Shown: piece after piece, positions 21,931-33,160 of the stretch | Position numbering within the stretch: position 1 is the first letter of the stretch | Layout: each line of letters opens with the position of its first letter | Assembly: GCA_963825505.1 (NCBI GenBank) | Contig: CAWGTL010000001.1 | Location: forward strand, 8,869 to 72,868 | Reading direction: 5' to 3' | DNA from: an uncultured Actinomycetota bacterium | GTDB taxonomy: Bacteria > Actinomycetota > Actinomycetes > Actinomycetales > CAWJMD01 | DNA length: 64,000 bases | Notes under the pieces: generated by a model | Database searches by the model: none | What the model saw: only the letters and a program-made list of their open reading frames with translations | Told to the model about the DNA's origin: nothing | Program-made: the position numbers and the translations under genes

Positions 21931-23025
21931 TCAGTCCTCCTCGGACGCGGTGGTGAGCTCGAGCAACCCGTTGCTGCACAACGGTTCGACCAGGGCACCG
22001 ATCCGGTCGAACCCCTCGCCGACCGTCTGCCCCTGGGTGAAGCGGTAGTGGATGCCCTCGCAGATCACGGCGAGCTTGAAGTGCCCGAGCGCGGTGCACC
22101 AGCGCAGCGCGGCGCGGTCCTCGGCGTCGAGGGGGACGATCTCGGCGTACATCTCGACCAGTGCAGCGCGATCGGGCCACCCGAGGTGCGCCGACATCGC
22201 CTCCGCGATCGGGTTGTCGACGTCGGCCAGGGCGCCGGCGTAGGTGAGCAGCAGCCCGAGGTCCGCGAGCGGGTCGCCGAGAGTGGCCATCTCCCAGTCG
22301 AGGACGGCGGCGACGTGCGGCCCGGCGGGATCGACGACCACGTTGTCGAGCCGGTAGTCGCCGTGGACCACGCCCCGCCGGTGCGGCAGGTCGCGCTCGG
22401 CGGGCACGTCGGCGGCGAGCCTGTCGCGCAGCTCGTCGATGCCGGCCACCTCGCGGCTGCGGCTGGCGTCGAGCTGGGTCGACCAGCGCCGCACCTGGCG
22501 GGCGAGGAAGCCGTCGGGACGCCCGAAGTCCTCGAGCCCGACCGCTGCCGGGTCGACCCGGTGCAGCGCCCCGAGGGTCTGCACCAGCGCTCGCGACGCG
22601 TCGGCGAGGCCGTCCGGGCCGAGCCGCTCGGCGTCGGCGCGGGAGCGCACGACGACGCCGTCGACGTGCTCCATCAGGTAGAACGGCGCCCCGAGCACGT
22701 CGGGGTCCTCGCACAGGGCCACCATCGCCGGCACCGGGACCACGCCGTGCAGCGCCGCCTGCACCCGGTGCTCGCGGGCCATGTCGTGGGCCGTGGCGAG
22801 CACGTGGCCGAGCGGCGGGCGGCGCAGCACGAGCGCGCGACCGTCCAGGCTCAGCCGGTAGGTGAGGTTCGAGCGGCCGCCGGCGACGACCTCCACGTCG
22901 GCGACGACCTCACCCAGCCCGCTGCCGCGCACCCAGGCGAGCAGCGGCCCCAGCGAGAGGCCGGGCAGGTCGGGCAGGTCGGAGAGGTCGTCGTCGTCGG
23001 GGGGCGGCACCGCGCTGTCGACCAC
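21931..23025 (-). CDS. APH-family phosphotransferase (ACAD10/11 kinase-like)
   Basis: [52 protein letters not shown]. Confidence 0.92.
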   Translation of the reverse strand: MVDSAVPPPDDDDLSDLPDLPGLSLGPLLAWVRGSGLGEVVADVEVVAGGRSNLTYRLSLDGRALVLRRPPLGHVLATAHDMAREHRVQAALHGVVPVPAMVALCEDPDVLGAPFYLMEHVDGVVVRSRADAERLGPDGLADASRALVQTLGALHRVDPAAVGLEDFGRPDGFLARQVRRWSTQLDASRSREVAGIDELRDRLAADVPAERDLPHRRGVVHGDYRLDNVVVDPAGPHVAAVLDWEMATLGDPLADLGLLLTYAGALADVDNPIAEAMSAHLGWPDRAALVEMYAEIVPLDAEDRAALRWCTALGHFKLAVICEGIHYRFTQGQTVGEGFDRIGALVEPLCSNGLLELTTASEED

Positions 23026-23028
23026 GCG

Positions 23029-23065
23029 GACGAACCTACCTCCCGCCCCCGCGCGTAGGTTCGTC
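23029..23065. promoter_or_regulatory. inverted repeat containing back-to-back TAGGTT -10 boxes for two divergent leaderless genes
   Basis: GACGAACCTAC (23029-39) and GTAGGTTCGTC (23055-65); each TAGGTT lies 6-7 nt before a GTG. Confidence 0.6.
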
Positions 23066-23067
23066 GC

Positions 23068-24090
23068 GTGACCGAGCCCGAGACGCCCGTGCCCGGACGG
23101 CAGCCCGTCGTGCTGCCGGCCAACCAGCCGCCCGACCGCTTCTACCGCGGGGGACGGCAGATCGCGGCCTTCCGCGGCGACGCCCCGGTCGACGGCAACG
23201 TGCCCGAGGACTGGGTGGGCTCGACCACCACCATGTTCGGCGACACCGACCTCGGTCTCACCCGGCTCCCCGGCGGCGACCTGCTGCGCGACGCCGTCCG
23301 CCGCGACCCCGGCGCCTGGCTCGGGGCCGACCACGTCGCGGCCTTCGCCGACGACACCTGCCTGCTGGTGAAGCTGCTCGACGCCGGCCAGCGGCTCCCG
23401 GTGCACGCCCATCCCGACGTCCCCTTCGCGGGGGAGCACCTCTCGCTCGCGCACGGCAAGACCGAGGCCTGGGTCTTCCTGCAGCCCGCCACCGTGCACC
23501 TCGCCTTCGAGCGCGAGGTGGGGGAGGCCGAGCTCGCTCGCTGGGTGGCCGAGCAGGACACCGACGCGATGCTCGGCGCGATGCACGCGCTGCCCGTGCG
23601 GGCGGGCGACGCCGTGCTGGTGCCGGCGGGGGTGCCGCACGCCATCGGCGAGGGTGCCCTCCTCGTGGAGCTGCAGGAGCCGACGGACCTGTCGATCCTG
23701 ATGGAGTGGAAGGGCTTCGAGCTCGACGGCGCCCTGGCAGGGCACCTCGGGCTCGGCTTCGACGTCGCCCTGCGCGCGGTCGACCGCCGCGGCTGGCCGG
23801 CCGCCGACGTCGCATCGCTGCGTGGTGCACGCGCCGGCGACCTCGGCGACCTGCTGCCCGACGCCGCAGACTTCTTCCGGGTCGAGCGCACGCGGGGCCC
23901 CGTGGGCGTGGAGGCCGGCTTCGCGGTCCTCGTGGTCGTGAGCGGCTCGGGACGGCTGAGCACAGGCGGCGGCGCCCTCGACGTGCGGGCGGGCCAGACG
24001 GTCCTGCTCCCGCACGCCGCCGGCGCCGTGCGGCTCGACGGCGACGCGGAGGCGCTCTGGTGCCGTCCGCCGGCGCCGCCGCTGACCTGA
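23068..24090 (+). CDS. class I mannose-6-phosphate isomerase-like cupin
   Basis: LLVKLLDAGQRLPVHAHP, KTEAW, VPAGVPHAIG, ELQEPTD. Confidence 0.82.
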   Translation: MTEPETPVPGRQPVVLPANQPPDRFYRGGRQIAAFRGDAPVDGNVPEDWVGSTTTMFGDTDLGLTRLPGGDLLRDAVRRDPGAWLGADHVAAFADDTCLLVKLLDAGQRLPVHAHPDVPFAGEHLSLAHGKTEAWVFLQPATVHLAFEREVGEAELARWVAEQDTDAMLGAMHALPVRAGDAVLVPAGVPHAIGEGALLVELQEPTDLSILMEWKGFELDGALAGHLGLGFDVALRAVDRRGWPAADVASLRGARAGDLGDLLPDAADFFRVERTRGPVGVEAGFAVLVVVSGSGRLSTGGGALDVRAGQTVLLPHAAGAVRLDGDAEALWCRPPAPPLT

Positions 24091-24118
24091 CGGTCGGCAG
24101 AGGGGGCAGGATGGGTCC

Positions 24119-24604
24119 ATGGGACGACGTCGCATCCTGACCCCGCTGCGCTGGTCCGACATGGACGCGTACGGCCACGTGAACAACGTGCAGTTCCTCC
24201 GCCTGCTCGAGGACGCCCGCGTCCTCGCCTTCCACGGGCACGGCAGCGACGACGGCGGCGACATGGTGGCCACCGGGCTGCTGGTGGCGCGGCACGAGAT
24301 CGACTACGTCACGCCGCTGCACTACCGCCCGGCGCCGGTGGCGATCGACCTGTGGGTGAGCTCGTTGTCGGGCGCCACGTTCGACATGGGCTACGAGGTG
24401 GTCGACGACCAGGACGAGCACGCCGACCGCCCGGTGGTGTACGCGCGGGCCGAGTCGACGATGGTCGCCTTCGACCTCGAGGCAGGGCGCCCACGACGCT
24501 TCACCGAGACCGAGAAGGAGCGGCTGGGCGAGCTGCACGACGAGCCGGTGGCGCTGCGCCGGCGGGTCCGCGAGCAGCGTCGCGCCCAGAAGTCAGAGCG
24601 CTGA
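24119..24604 (+). CDS. hotdog-fold (4HBT-like) acyl-CoA thioesterase
   Basis: LRWSDMDAYGHVNNVQFLRLLEDAR. Confidence 0.92.
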   Translation: MGRRRILTPLRWSDMDAYGHVNNVQFLRLLEDARVLAFHGHGSDDGGDMVATGLLVARHEIDYVTPLHYRPAPVAIDLWVSSLSGATFDMGYEVVDDQDEHADRPVVYARAESTMVAFDLEAGRPRRFTETEKERLGELHDEPVALRRRVREQRRAQKSER

Positions 24605-24612
24605 GACCCGCT

Positions 24613-25254
24613 GTGCCGCAACCTGTCCTGAGGCTCGACGACCTCGCCAGCCTCGCCGACCTGTCCACCTACGTGCTGCGGGCGCAGCGTGCCGACCCCG
24701 GCGGCGCGGCGCGGCTGCGCGCGCACGGCGACGTGCTCGCCACCTACGTCTGCCCGCTCAGCGGGGGCGGCGGGCCCACCGTGCTCGGGCTGCGGACGAC
24801 CGCGCTGGCCGGTGCGGTGGAGCTGGACTCCGTCGTGCCCCTGGCCGCCCTGGCCGACCGGCTGGCCCGTCCGGAGAACGGCAGCGAGGTGCCGGTGCCG
24901 CCGTCCGAGGTGGTGGCGGCGTGGGCGGGCATCTCGCCGCCGCGCACGGGGTGGGAGCAGGTCGCAGAGGTCGCCGCCCTCACGCTGGTGGCCGCTGCCG
25001 AGCAGGGCATCGCCGAGGTCGCGGCCGGCACGCCGTCGACCTCGGGTGCGCCGGCCGTCGCGGCCCTGCGCGGCCGGGTCTGGGGCCGGCCGGTGCCCGG
25101 GACGCCGCTGCCCTCCGGAGCCGCCTTCGTCGCGCACGCGCTCGCCTTCGTCCGCGAGACCGACGCGCCCGTCGGGGTGTTCGCGTCCGGGCCGTGGACC
25201 CGGCTGACGAGCCCGCGCGGTCACGTGCTGGCGCGGTCGCCGCTGGGCGGCTGA
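24613..25254 (+). CDS. conserved actinobacterial hypothetical protein (Rv2474c-like position)
   Basis: DL.TY..RA...D, WAGISPPRTGW, GPWTRL.SPRGHV; directly follows the thioesterase as in the conserved locus. Confidence 0.75.
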   Translation: MPQPVLRLDDLASLADLSTYVLRAQRADPGGAARLRAHGDVLATYVCPLSGGGGPTVLGLRTTALAGAVELDSVVPLAALADRLARPENGSEVPVPPSEVVAAWAGISPPRTGWEQVAEVAALTLVAAAEQGIAEVAAGTPSTSGAPAVAALRGRVWGRPVPGTPLPSGAAFVAHALAFVRETDAPVGVFASGPWTRLTSPRGHVLARSPLGG

Positions 25255-25268
25255 GGGCTCCTGTCGGA

Positions 25269-25309
25269 GCAACGGCCGGTCACCCTGGCGAGAGGGTGCC
25301 GGCCGTTGC
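25269..25309. terminator. hairpin between convergent genes
   Basis: gcaacggccgg(t)caccct ... agggtgccggccgttgc. Confidence 0.6.
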
Positions 25310-25325
25310 GATCGGGGGACGCGGG

Positions 25326-27029
<1,704 letters not shown>

Positions 27030-27036
27030 GCCCTCG

Positions 27037-27075
27037 ATGCTAGGGGGACCGCCGCCGCGCTGTCGAATCGATTCG
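27037..27075 (-). promoter_or_regulatory. aglA promoter (TCGACA-18-TAGCAT, leaderless) with LacI-type palindrome CGAATCGATTCG
   Basis: Perfect 12-bp palindrome at 27064-27075 overlapping the -35; -10 lies 7 nt before the GTG. Confidence 0.55.
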
Positions 27076-27081
27076 CTGGGT

Positions 27082-27501
27082 TCAGGACGACCGCTGGGAG
27101 GGGTCGTCCATGGCGTTCACCATCGAGTGCGCGGCGCGCTCGAGGTAGTCCCACAGCACCGACGCGTGCAGGGGCGGCAGGGCCAGCTCGTCGACCGCCT
27201 CGCGCATGTGGTGCAGCCAGCGGTCGCGCATGTGGGGCGTGACGGCGTAGGGGTGGTGGCGCATCCGCAGCCGGGGGTGGCCCCGCTGCTCGCTGTACGT
27301 CGTGGGCCCGCCCCAGTACTGCTCGAGGAACATCCGCAGCCGGTCCTCGGCGGGGCCGAGGTCCTCCTCGGGGTACATCGCCGTGAGCTCGGGGTCGCCG
27401 GCGACGCCGAGGTAGAACCGGTGCACCAGCCGGTGGAACGTCTCGTGCCCGCCCACCTGCTCGTAGAAGGACGGCTGGGCGCCGGGCTGCTGCTCTGTCA
27501 C
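27082..27501 (-). CDS. glbO: group II truncated hemoglobin
   Basis: [39 protein letters not shown]. Confidence 0.95.
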   Translation of the reverse strand: MTEQQPGAQPSFYEQVGGHETFHRLVHRFYLGVAGDPELTAMYPEEDLGPAEDRLRMFLEQYWGGPTTYSEQRGHPRLRMRHHPYAVTPHMRDRWLHHMREAVDELALPPLHASVLWDYLERAAHSMVNAMDDPSQRSS

Positions 27502-27674
27502 GGCTCCAGTCTCCCAGCCCGGCCGGCGCCGGCCCGGATCGCCCCTGCCACCGGACCTCGCACCACCCGTCCAGGACACGGTCCGGTCACGGACGTTGAC
27601 ACCCGGCGGTGGCGGGAGCATCATCCTGGGCAGGATCTGGTCAATCGATTTAGCAGATCATCCGGGAGGACGCG

Positions 27675-28736
27675 ATGAAGCGGGTCGGCATCAAGGACGT
27701 CGCACGCGAGGCGGGGGTCTCGACGTCGACGGTGTCCCTGGTGCTGAGCGGCAAGACCGAGGCCCGCATCCCCGCCGGGACCCGCGAGCGCGTGCACCGG
27801 GTCGCCGCCGAGATCGGGTACGCGCCGAACTCCATCGCCCGCGGGCTGCGCACCCGCCGCACCCACACGATCGGTCTGGTGTCGGACCAGATCGCCACCA
27901 CGCCGCACGCGGTGCGGATGATCGAGGCCGTCCAGGACGTCGCCCGCGAGCAGGGTCGCCTGCTGTTCCTGGTGAACACCGGGTCCGACACCGAGGTCGC
28001 GCAGACCGCGGTCGAGACGCTCCTGGCCCACCAGGTCGACGGCCTGGTGTACGCCTGCATGTGGCACCAGGTGGTCGACCCACCGGCCGGCCTCCCCGAG
28101 GGCTCGGTCTTCCTCGACGCGCGCCCCGCCTCGGGCGGGTTCCCGGCCGTCGTCCCGGACGACCGCGGCGGTGCCGTCGCGGCCGTCCGCGAGCTCGTGG
28201 CGCAGGGGCACCGTCGGATCGCCTACCTCGCCGCGGACGAGCACCCGATGCCCATCGCCTCCGGCCTGCGCTGGGAGGGCTACGAGGAGGTGCTGCGCGA
28301 CGCCGGCATCGAGCCCGACCCGCGCCTGTGCGTCCCGGTGACCAGCACGACCGCGGCCGGTGGCGTCGAGGCGGCCGGGGCCCTGCTCGACCTGCCCCCG
28401 GACGTGCGCCCGACGGCGCTGTTCTGCTTCAACGACCGGGTGGCCATGGGGGCCTACCGCGCGGCGCGCCGGCGGGGGCTGGAGATCCCCCGGGACCTGT
28501 CGGTGATCGGCTTCGACGACCAGGAGCTCATCGCCGCGGCGCTCGACCCGCCCCTCACGACGGTCGCCCTGCCTCACTACGCGATGGGGCGCTGGGCGAT
28601 GGAGGTCCTGCTGGACCTCCGCGAGGCCCCGGCCGAGGACGACGGGGTGGCGCTCATGCCGTGCCCGCTCGTCCACCGGGAATCGGTTGCCCCGCCGCCG
28701 GCCGACCCGATCGGGTCGACCGGCGGCGGGGACTGA
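27675..28736 (+). CDS. LacI-family regulator
   Basis: IKDVAREAGVSTSTVSLVL, YAPNSIARGL, PRDLSVIGFDD; AATCGATT half-palindrome upstream near 27644. Confidence 0.95.
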   Translation: MKRVGIKDVAREAGVSTSTVSLVLSGKTEARIPAGTRERVHRVAAEIGYAPNSIARGLRTRRTHTIGLVSDQIATTPHAVRMIEAVQDVAREQGRLLFLVNTGSDTEVAQTAVETLLAHQVDGLVYACMWHQVVDPPAGLPEGSVFLDARPASGGFPAVVPDDRGGAVAAVRELVAQGHRRIAYLAADEHPMPIASGLRWEGYEEVLRDAGIEPDPRLCVPVTSTTAAGGVEAAGALLDLPPDVRPTALFCFNDRVAMGAYRAARRRGLEIPRDLSVIGFDDQELIAAALDPPLTTVALPHYAMGRWAMEVLLDLREAPAEDDGVALMPCPLVHRESVAPPPADPIGSTGGGD

Positions 28737-28817
28737 ACACACCACACACGGACGTCGCGAGACGCCCACAACCGGAAGGCCCGACCTGCCAGTCGGGTCT
28801 CCAGGAGAGGAAGCACG

Positions 28818-30110
28818 ATGAAGCGCACGTCCTCACTCACCATGCTAGCGACGGTCGCCGCCTCGGCGACCCTGCTCGCAAGCTGCGGTCAGGCCGGTCA
28901 GTCCGACGGTGGCGGCGGTGACGGCGGCACCACCGAGCTGACCATGTGGACGCACTCGGCCGGCAACGAGGCCGAGCTCGAGGTCTACGAGCAGATCATC
29001 AGCGACTTCAACGGGTCGCAGGACCGGTACGAGGTCGTGATGGAGTCCTTCCCGCAGGGCGCCTACAACGACGCGATCGTCGCCGGCGCCGCGGCGGGTG
29101 ACCTGCCGTGCCTGCTCGACATGGACGGTCCGATCGTCCCCAACTGGGCGTGGGCGGGGTACATCCAGCCGCTCGGCATCTCCGAGGAGATCGTCGACAG
29201 CCTCCTGCCGACCGCCGTGGGTCGCTACCAGGACGAGGTGTACTCGGCCGGGTACTGGGACGCCGCGCTGTCGGTCTTCGCCCGCAAGTCGGTTCTGGAC
29301 GCGAACGGCATCAGGATCCCCACCGTGGCCGAGCCGTGGACGATCGAGGAGTTCGACGCGGCCCTGGTCACCCTGCAGGGAGCCGGCTACGCCACGCCGC
29401 TCGACATCGGTGCCGAGGACGCCGGCGAGTGGTGGCCGTACGCCTACTCGCCGATGCTGCAGAGCGCCGGGGGCGACCTGGTCGACCGCGACTCGTTCCT
29501 GACGGCCGACGGCGCCCTGAACGGGCCCGAGGCGGTGGAGTTCTTCGACTGGTTCCAGAGCGTGTTCGAGCGGGGCCTGGCGAGCGACGCCGGGACGATC
29601 GGCAACGCGGAGTTCAACAGCGACGAGGCCGCCCTGAGCTACACCGGGGTGTGGAACGCCATGGAGTCCCTCGACACGGTCGGCGACGACCTGCTGATCC
29701 TGCCGCCGCCGGACTTCGGCGAGGGCCCGAAGATCGGTGGCGCGTCGTGGCAGTGGGGCATCTCCGAGTCCTGCGCGGCCGCCGACGGCGCCCGTGAGTA
29801 CCTCGAGTTCAGCTTCCAGCCCGAGTACATCGCGCAGTTCGCCGACAAGCAGGTCGTCATCCCGGCGACCGCGGAGGCCGAGGAGCTGTCGGAGATGTTC
29901 GGCGAGGGAGACCCGCTGCGCCCCTTCGTCGAGCTGTCCCAGGAGCTCGCGGTCGAGCGTCCGCCCACGCCCGCCTACCCCGTCATCTCGAGCGTCTTCG
30001 AGCGGGCGGCCAAGGACATCATGAGCGGCGCCGAGGTCCAGTCGACGCTGGACGACGCCGTCCAGGAGATCGACGCCAACATCGATTCCAACGACGGGTA
30101 CGGCTTCTAG
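28818..30110 (+). CDS. sugar ABC transporter substrate-binding lipoprotein
   Basis: Lipobox LASC; SBP_bac_1-like; RPPTPAYPVIS. Confidence 0.93.
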   Translation: MKRTSSLTMLATVAASATLLASCGQAGQSDGGGGDGGTTELTMWTHSAGNEAELEVYEQIISDFNGSQDRYEVVMESFPQGAYNDAIVAGAAAGDLPCLLDMDGPIVPNWAWAGYIQPLGISEEIVDSLLPTAVGRYQDEVYSAGYWDAALSVFARKSVLDANGIRIPTVAEPWTIEEFDAALVTLQGAGYATPLDIGAEDAGEWWPYAYSPMLQSAGGDLVDRDSFLTADGALNGPEAVEFFDWFQSVFERGLASDAGTIGNAEFNSDEAALSYTGVWNAMESLDTVGDDLLILPPPDFGEGPKIGGASWQWGISESCAAADGAREYLEFSFQPEYIAQFADKQVVIPATAEAEELSEMFGEGDPLRPFVELSQELAVERPPTPAYPVISSVFERAAKDIMSGAEVQSTLDDAVQEIDANIDSNDGYGF

Positions 30111-30157
30111 CCGACGTCTCGAGCGGCGGCCGGCACCCAGGTCCCCGGACGACCGGT

Positions 30158-30187
30158 CCGGCAGCGCGCGCCCGCGCGCGCTGCCGG
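30158..30187 (+). other. intercistronic stem-loop after the SBP gene
   Basis: ccggcagcgcgcg-cccg-cgcgcgctgccgg, a perfect 13-bp stem. Confidence 0.6.
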
Positions 30188-30232
30188 CCGGCCCGGGCGC
30201 TGCGTCCCAGGTCGCCGGAACGGATGTGCACG

Positions 30233-31195
30233 ATGACCACCCCCACCCAGCAGGTCGCCCCCCACGCGGCGCCCGGCGCCGACCCCACCGGCTCGCGCCG
30301 TCGCAGACGCCGCGCCCGCCAGACCCGCGGCGGCGCCAGGTCCGCCTACGCGATGGTCGCCCCGGCGACCGTCCTGCTCGTCCTGTTCCTCATCATCCCG
30401 GTGCTCCTGGCGTTCGGGCTGTCCTTCACCAACGCCCGTCTCATCTCGCCCAACCCGCCGCGCTTCGTCGGGCTGGACAACTTCGTCCGGGCCTTCACCA
30501 GCGACCCGACCTTCCTGCGCTCGCTGCTGAACACCTTCATCTTCGCCGCCGTCGTCGTGCCGGTACAGGCGGCGCTGGCGCTGTTCATGGCGATCCTGGT
30601 CAACCAGAAGCTGCGTGGCGTGACGTGGTTCCGCGTCATCTTCTTCGTCCCCGTGGTCACCTCCATCGTCGTCATCTCGATCCTCTGGGACTTCATGTAC
30701 CAGGGGAACGGGCTCATCAACTCGATGATCGACACGATCACGTTCGGGGCGTTCCAGGGCACCGACTGGCTGAGCAACACCGACACGGCGCTCGGCGCGA
30801 TCATCGTGCTCTCGATCTGGCAGGCCGTCGGGTTCCACATGATCATCTGGCTGTCCGGGCTGCAGACGATCCCCGAGGAGCTCTACGAGGCGGCGCGCAT
30901 GGACGGCGCCAACGCCTGGCAGCAGTTCGTCAACGTGACCTGGCCGGGCCTGCGCTCGACGATGGTCTTCATCCTGGTGACCATCACGATCGCGGCCCTC
31001 GGGCTGTTCGTGCAGGTCGACATCATGACCCAGGGCGGCCCCCAGGACGCCACCACGACGCTCGTCTACCACGCGGTGCGCAAGGGCTACCGCGAGCAGG
31101 AGACGGGGTACGGCGCAGCGATCTCGCTCATCTTCTTCGTGATCGTGCTCGTCGTCGCCCTCATCCAGCGGTACCTGACCCGAGAGAAGGACTGA
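30233..31195 (+). CDS. sugar ABC permease
   Basis: FVGLDNF, ELYEAARMDGA EAA loop, multiple TMs. Confidence 0.95.
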   Translation: MTTPTQQVAPHAAPGADPTGSRRRRRRARQTRGGARSAYAMVAPATVLLVLFLIIPVLLAFGLSFTNARLISPNPPRFVGLDNFVRAFTSDPTFLRSLLNTFIFAAVVVPVQAALALFMAILVNQKLRGVTWFRVIFFVPVVTSIVVISILWDFMYQGNGLINSMIDTITFGAFQGTDWLSNTDTALGAIIVLSIWQAVGFHMIIWLSGLQTIPEELYEAARMDGANAWQQFVNVTWPGLRSTMVFILVTITIAALGLFVQVDIMTQGGPQDATTTLVYHAVRKGYREQETGYGAAISLIFFVIVLVVALIQRYLTREKD

Positions 31196-31196
31196 C

Positions 31197-32144
31197 ATGT
31201 CCACACCGGTGACAGCTGACCCTCGCGCCGCGGAGACGGCCGGCCAGCGCCGCGACAGGCACGACGCCGACTCGCGCAAGCGGCGGCGGGTGCTCGTGGG
31301 GTACATCCCGATGGTGCTGCTGGCGGCCTTCTTCCTCTTCCCGCTCGTCTTCATGTTCGTCTCGAGCCTGAAGCCGGACGCCCAGATCCTCGGCGACATC
31401 GGCTCGCCGCAGGCGTTCCTGCCGGTCGGCGACATCAGCACCCAGAACTACGTCGACGTCTTCGACCGGGTGCCGGTGGCGCGGTTCATCGCCAACTCGG
31501 TGTTCGTCACGGTGATGGTCGTGGGGCTGGGCCTGCTCATCAACAGCATGGCGGGGTTCGCCCTGTCGCGGCTGGAGTGGACCGGGCGCAAGGTGCTCCT
31601 GACGGTCGTCATCGCGACCCTCATCGTCCCCTTCGAGACGATCGCGATCCCGATGGTCTACTGGGTGTCGAAGCTGCCGACCCTCGTCCTCGAGAACGGC
31701 GTCGTGAAGTACGACTTCGGGTGGCTCAACACCTACGAGGTCCAGATCGTCCCGTTCATCGCGAACGCGTTCTCGATCTTCCTGTTCACGCAGTACTTCT
31801 CGACGATCCCGAAGTCGCTCGACGAGGCCGCGAGGATCGACGGCGCCGGCTGGTTCACCATCTACCGGCGCATCATCGTCCCGCTGTCGGGGCCGGCGTT
31901 CGCGACGGTCGCGATCCTGACCTTCCTGCCGGCGTGGAACCAGTACCTGTGGCCGCTCATGGTCGTCCAGCAGGAGGAGCTGCGCCCGGTCATGGTCGGC
32001 ATGCAGTACTTCTTCCAGATCAACCCGGCCTGGGGCGAGATCATGGCCTACACCTCGCTCATCACGCTGCCGGTGCTGGTGATGTTCCTGGCCTTCCAGC
32101 GGGCCTTCGTCAGCAGCATCGCCTCCAGCGGCGTGAAGGGATAG
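31197..32144 (+). CDS. sugar ABC permease
   Basis: SLDEAARIDGA, WNQYLWPL, SSGVKG terminus. Confidence 0.95.
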   Translation: MSTPVTADPRAAETAGQRRDRHDADSRKRRRVLVGYIPMVLLAAFFLFPLVFMFVSSLKPDAQILGDIGSPQAFLPVGDISTQNYVDVFDRVPVARFIANSVFVTVMVVGLGLLINSMAGFALSRLEWTGRKVLLTVVIATLIVPFETIAIPMVYWVSKLPTLVLENGVVKYDFGWLNTYEVQIVPFIANAFSIFLFTQYFSTIPKSLDEAARIDGAGWFTIYRRIIVPLSGPAFATVAILTFLPAWNQYLWPLMVVQQEELRPVMVGMQYFFQINPAWGEIMAYTSLITLPVLVMFLAFQRAFVSSIASSGVKG

Positions 32145-32151
32145 GACGTCG

Positions 32152-33120
32152 ATGCTGAGGCTCGCGGACCACTGGGTCTGGGACAGCTGGGGCGCCCACG
32201 ACGGCGACCACCACCACCTGTTCTTCCTGCGCGCGTCGCGCGCGCTCCACGATCCCCACCGGCGTCACCTGCGGGCGTCGGTGGGGCACGCGCGCTCCAC
32301 CGACCTGTCGCGCTGGGAGCTGCTGCCGGACGCGCTGGTCACGGCCGACGGCCCGTCCTGGGACGACCAGGCCACCTGGACCGGTTCGGTCGTGCGCGCG
32401 CCGGACGGCAGCTGGCGGATGTTCTACACCGGGGTCTCGCGCGCCGAGCGCGGGCTCGTCCAGCGGGTGGGCGTCGCTGCCTCGTCGGACCTCGTCAGCT
32501 GGCACCGGGTCGGTGACGGCCTGCTGCTCGAGGCCGACCCACGCTGGTACGAGAAGCTCGACCTGACCGCGTGGATCGACGAGGCGTGGCGCGACCCGTT
32601 CGTCTTCGCCGACCCCGACGGTGACGGCTGGCACATGCTGCTGACCGCCAGGGTCCCCGAGGGCGACCCGGCCGGACGGGGGGTGATCGGTCACGCGTGG
32701 AGCCCGGACCTGGAGCGCTGGCAGGTGCGCCCGCCGCTGACCGCACCAGCGGGTTTCGGCCAGCTCGAGGTGCCGCAGGTGGTCGTCGTCGACGGCCTTC
32801 CCGTCCTGGTGTTCTCCTGCTGGCCCGACCGCGCGGCCGCGGCTCGTCACGAGGGGTGGGAGAGCGGCGGCGTCTGGGTGGTCGCGGGGGAGTCCCTGAC
32901 CGGCCCCTGGGACCTCGAGGCCGCGACCACCTTCGACCACCCGAGCCTGTACGCGGCGCGTCTGGTCGAGCGCCGACCCGGTGACTGGGTCCTGCTCGGG
33001 TTCCGCGACACCGAGGACGGGGCGTTCGTCGGCGAGATCCCCGACCCGCTGCCCGTCGTGCGCGACGGCGACCGGCTCCGGCTCGCGACCCCGCAGGACG
33101 TGCGGACCCCGACGGGCTGA
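32152..33120 (+). CDS. clan GH-J (GH32/GH68-like) beta-fructofuranosidase, propeller only
   Basis: WVWDSW, WTGS, WRDPFV, GQLEVP catalytic motifs; no signal peptide. Confidence 0.8.
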   Translation: MLRLADHWVWDSWGAHDGDHHHLFFLRASRALHDPHRRHLRASVGHARSTDLSRWELLPDALVTADGPSWDDQATWTGSVVRAPDGSWRMFYTGVSRAERGLVQRVGVAASSDLVSWHRVGDGLLLEADPRWYEKLDLTAWIDEAWRDPFVFADPDGDGWHMLLTARVPEGDPAGRGVIGHAWSPDLERWQVRPPLTAPAGFGQLEVPQVVVVDGLPVLVFSCWPDRAAAARHEGWESGGVWVVAGESLTGPWDLEAATTFDHPSLYAARLVERRPGDWVLLGFRDTEDGAFVGEIPDPLPVVRDGDRLRLATPQDVRTPTG

Positions 33121-33160
33121 CCGCCCGCCGCCGCCGGCCGATCTCTGGTGGGATGTCGTC

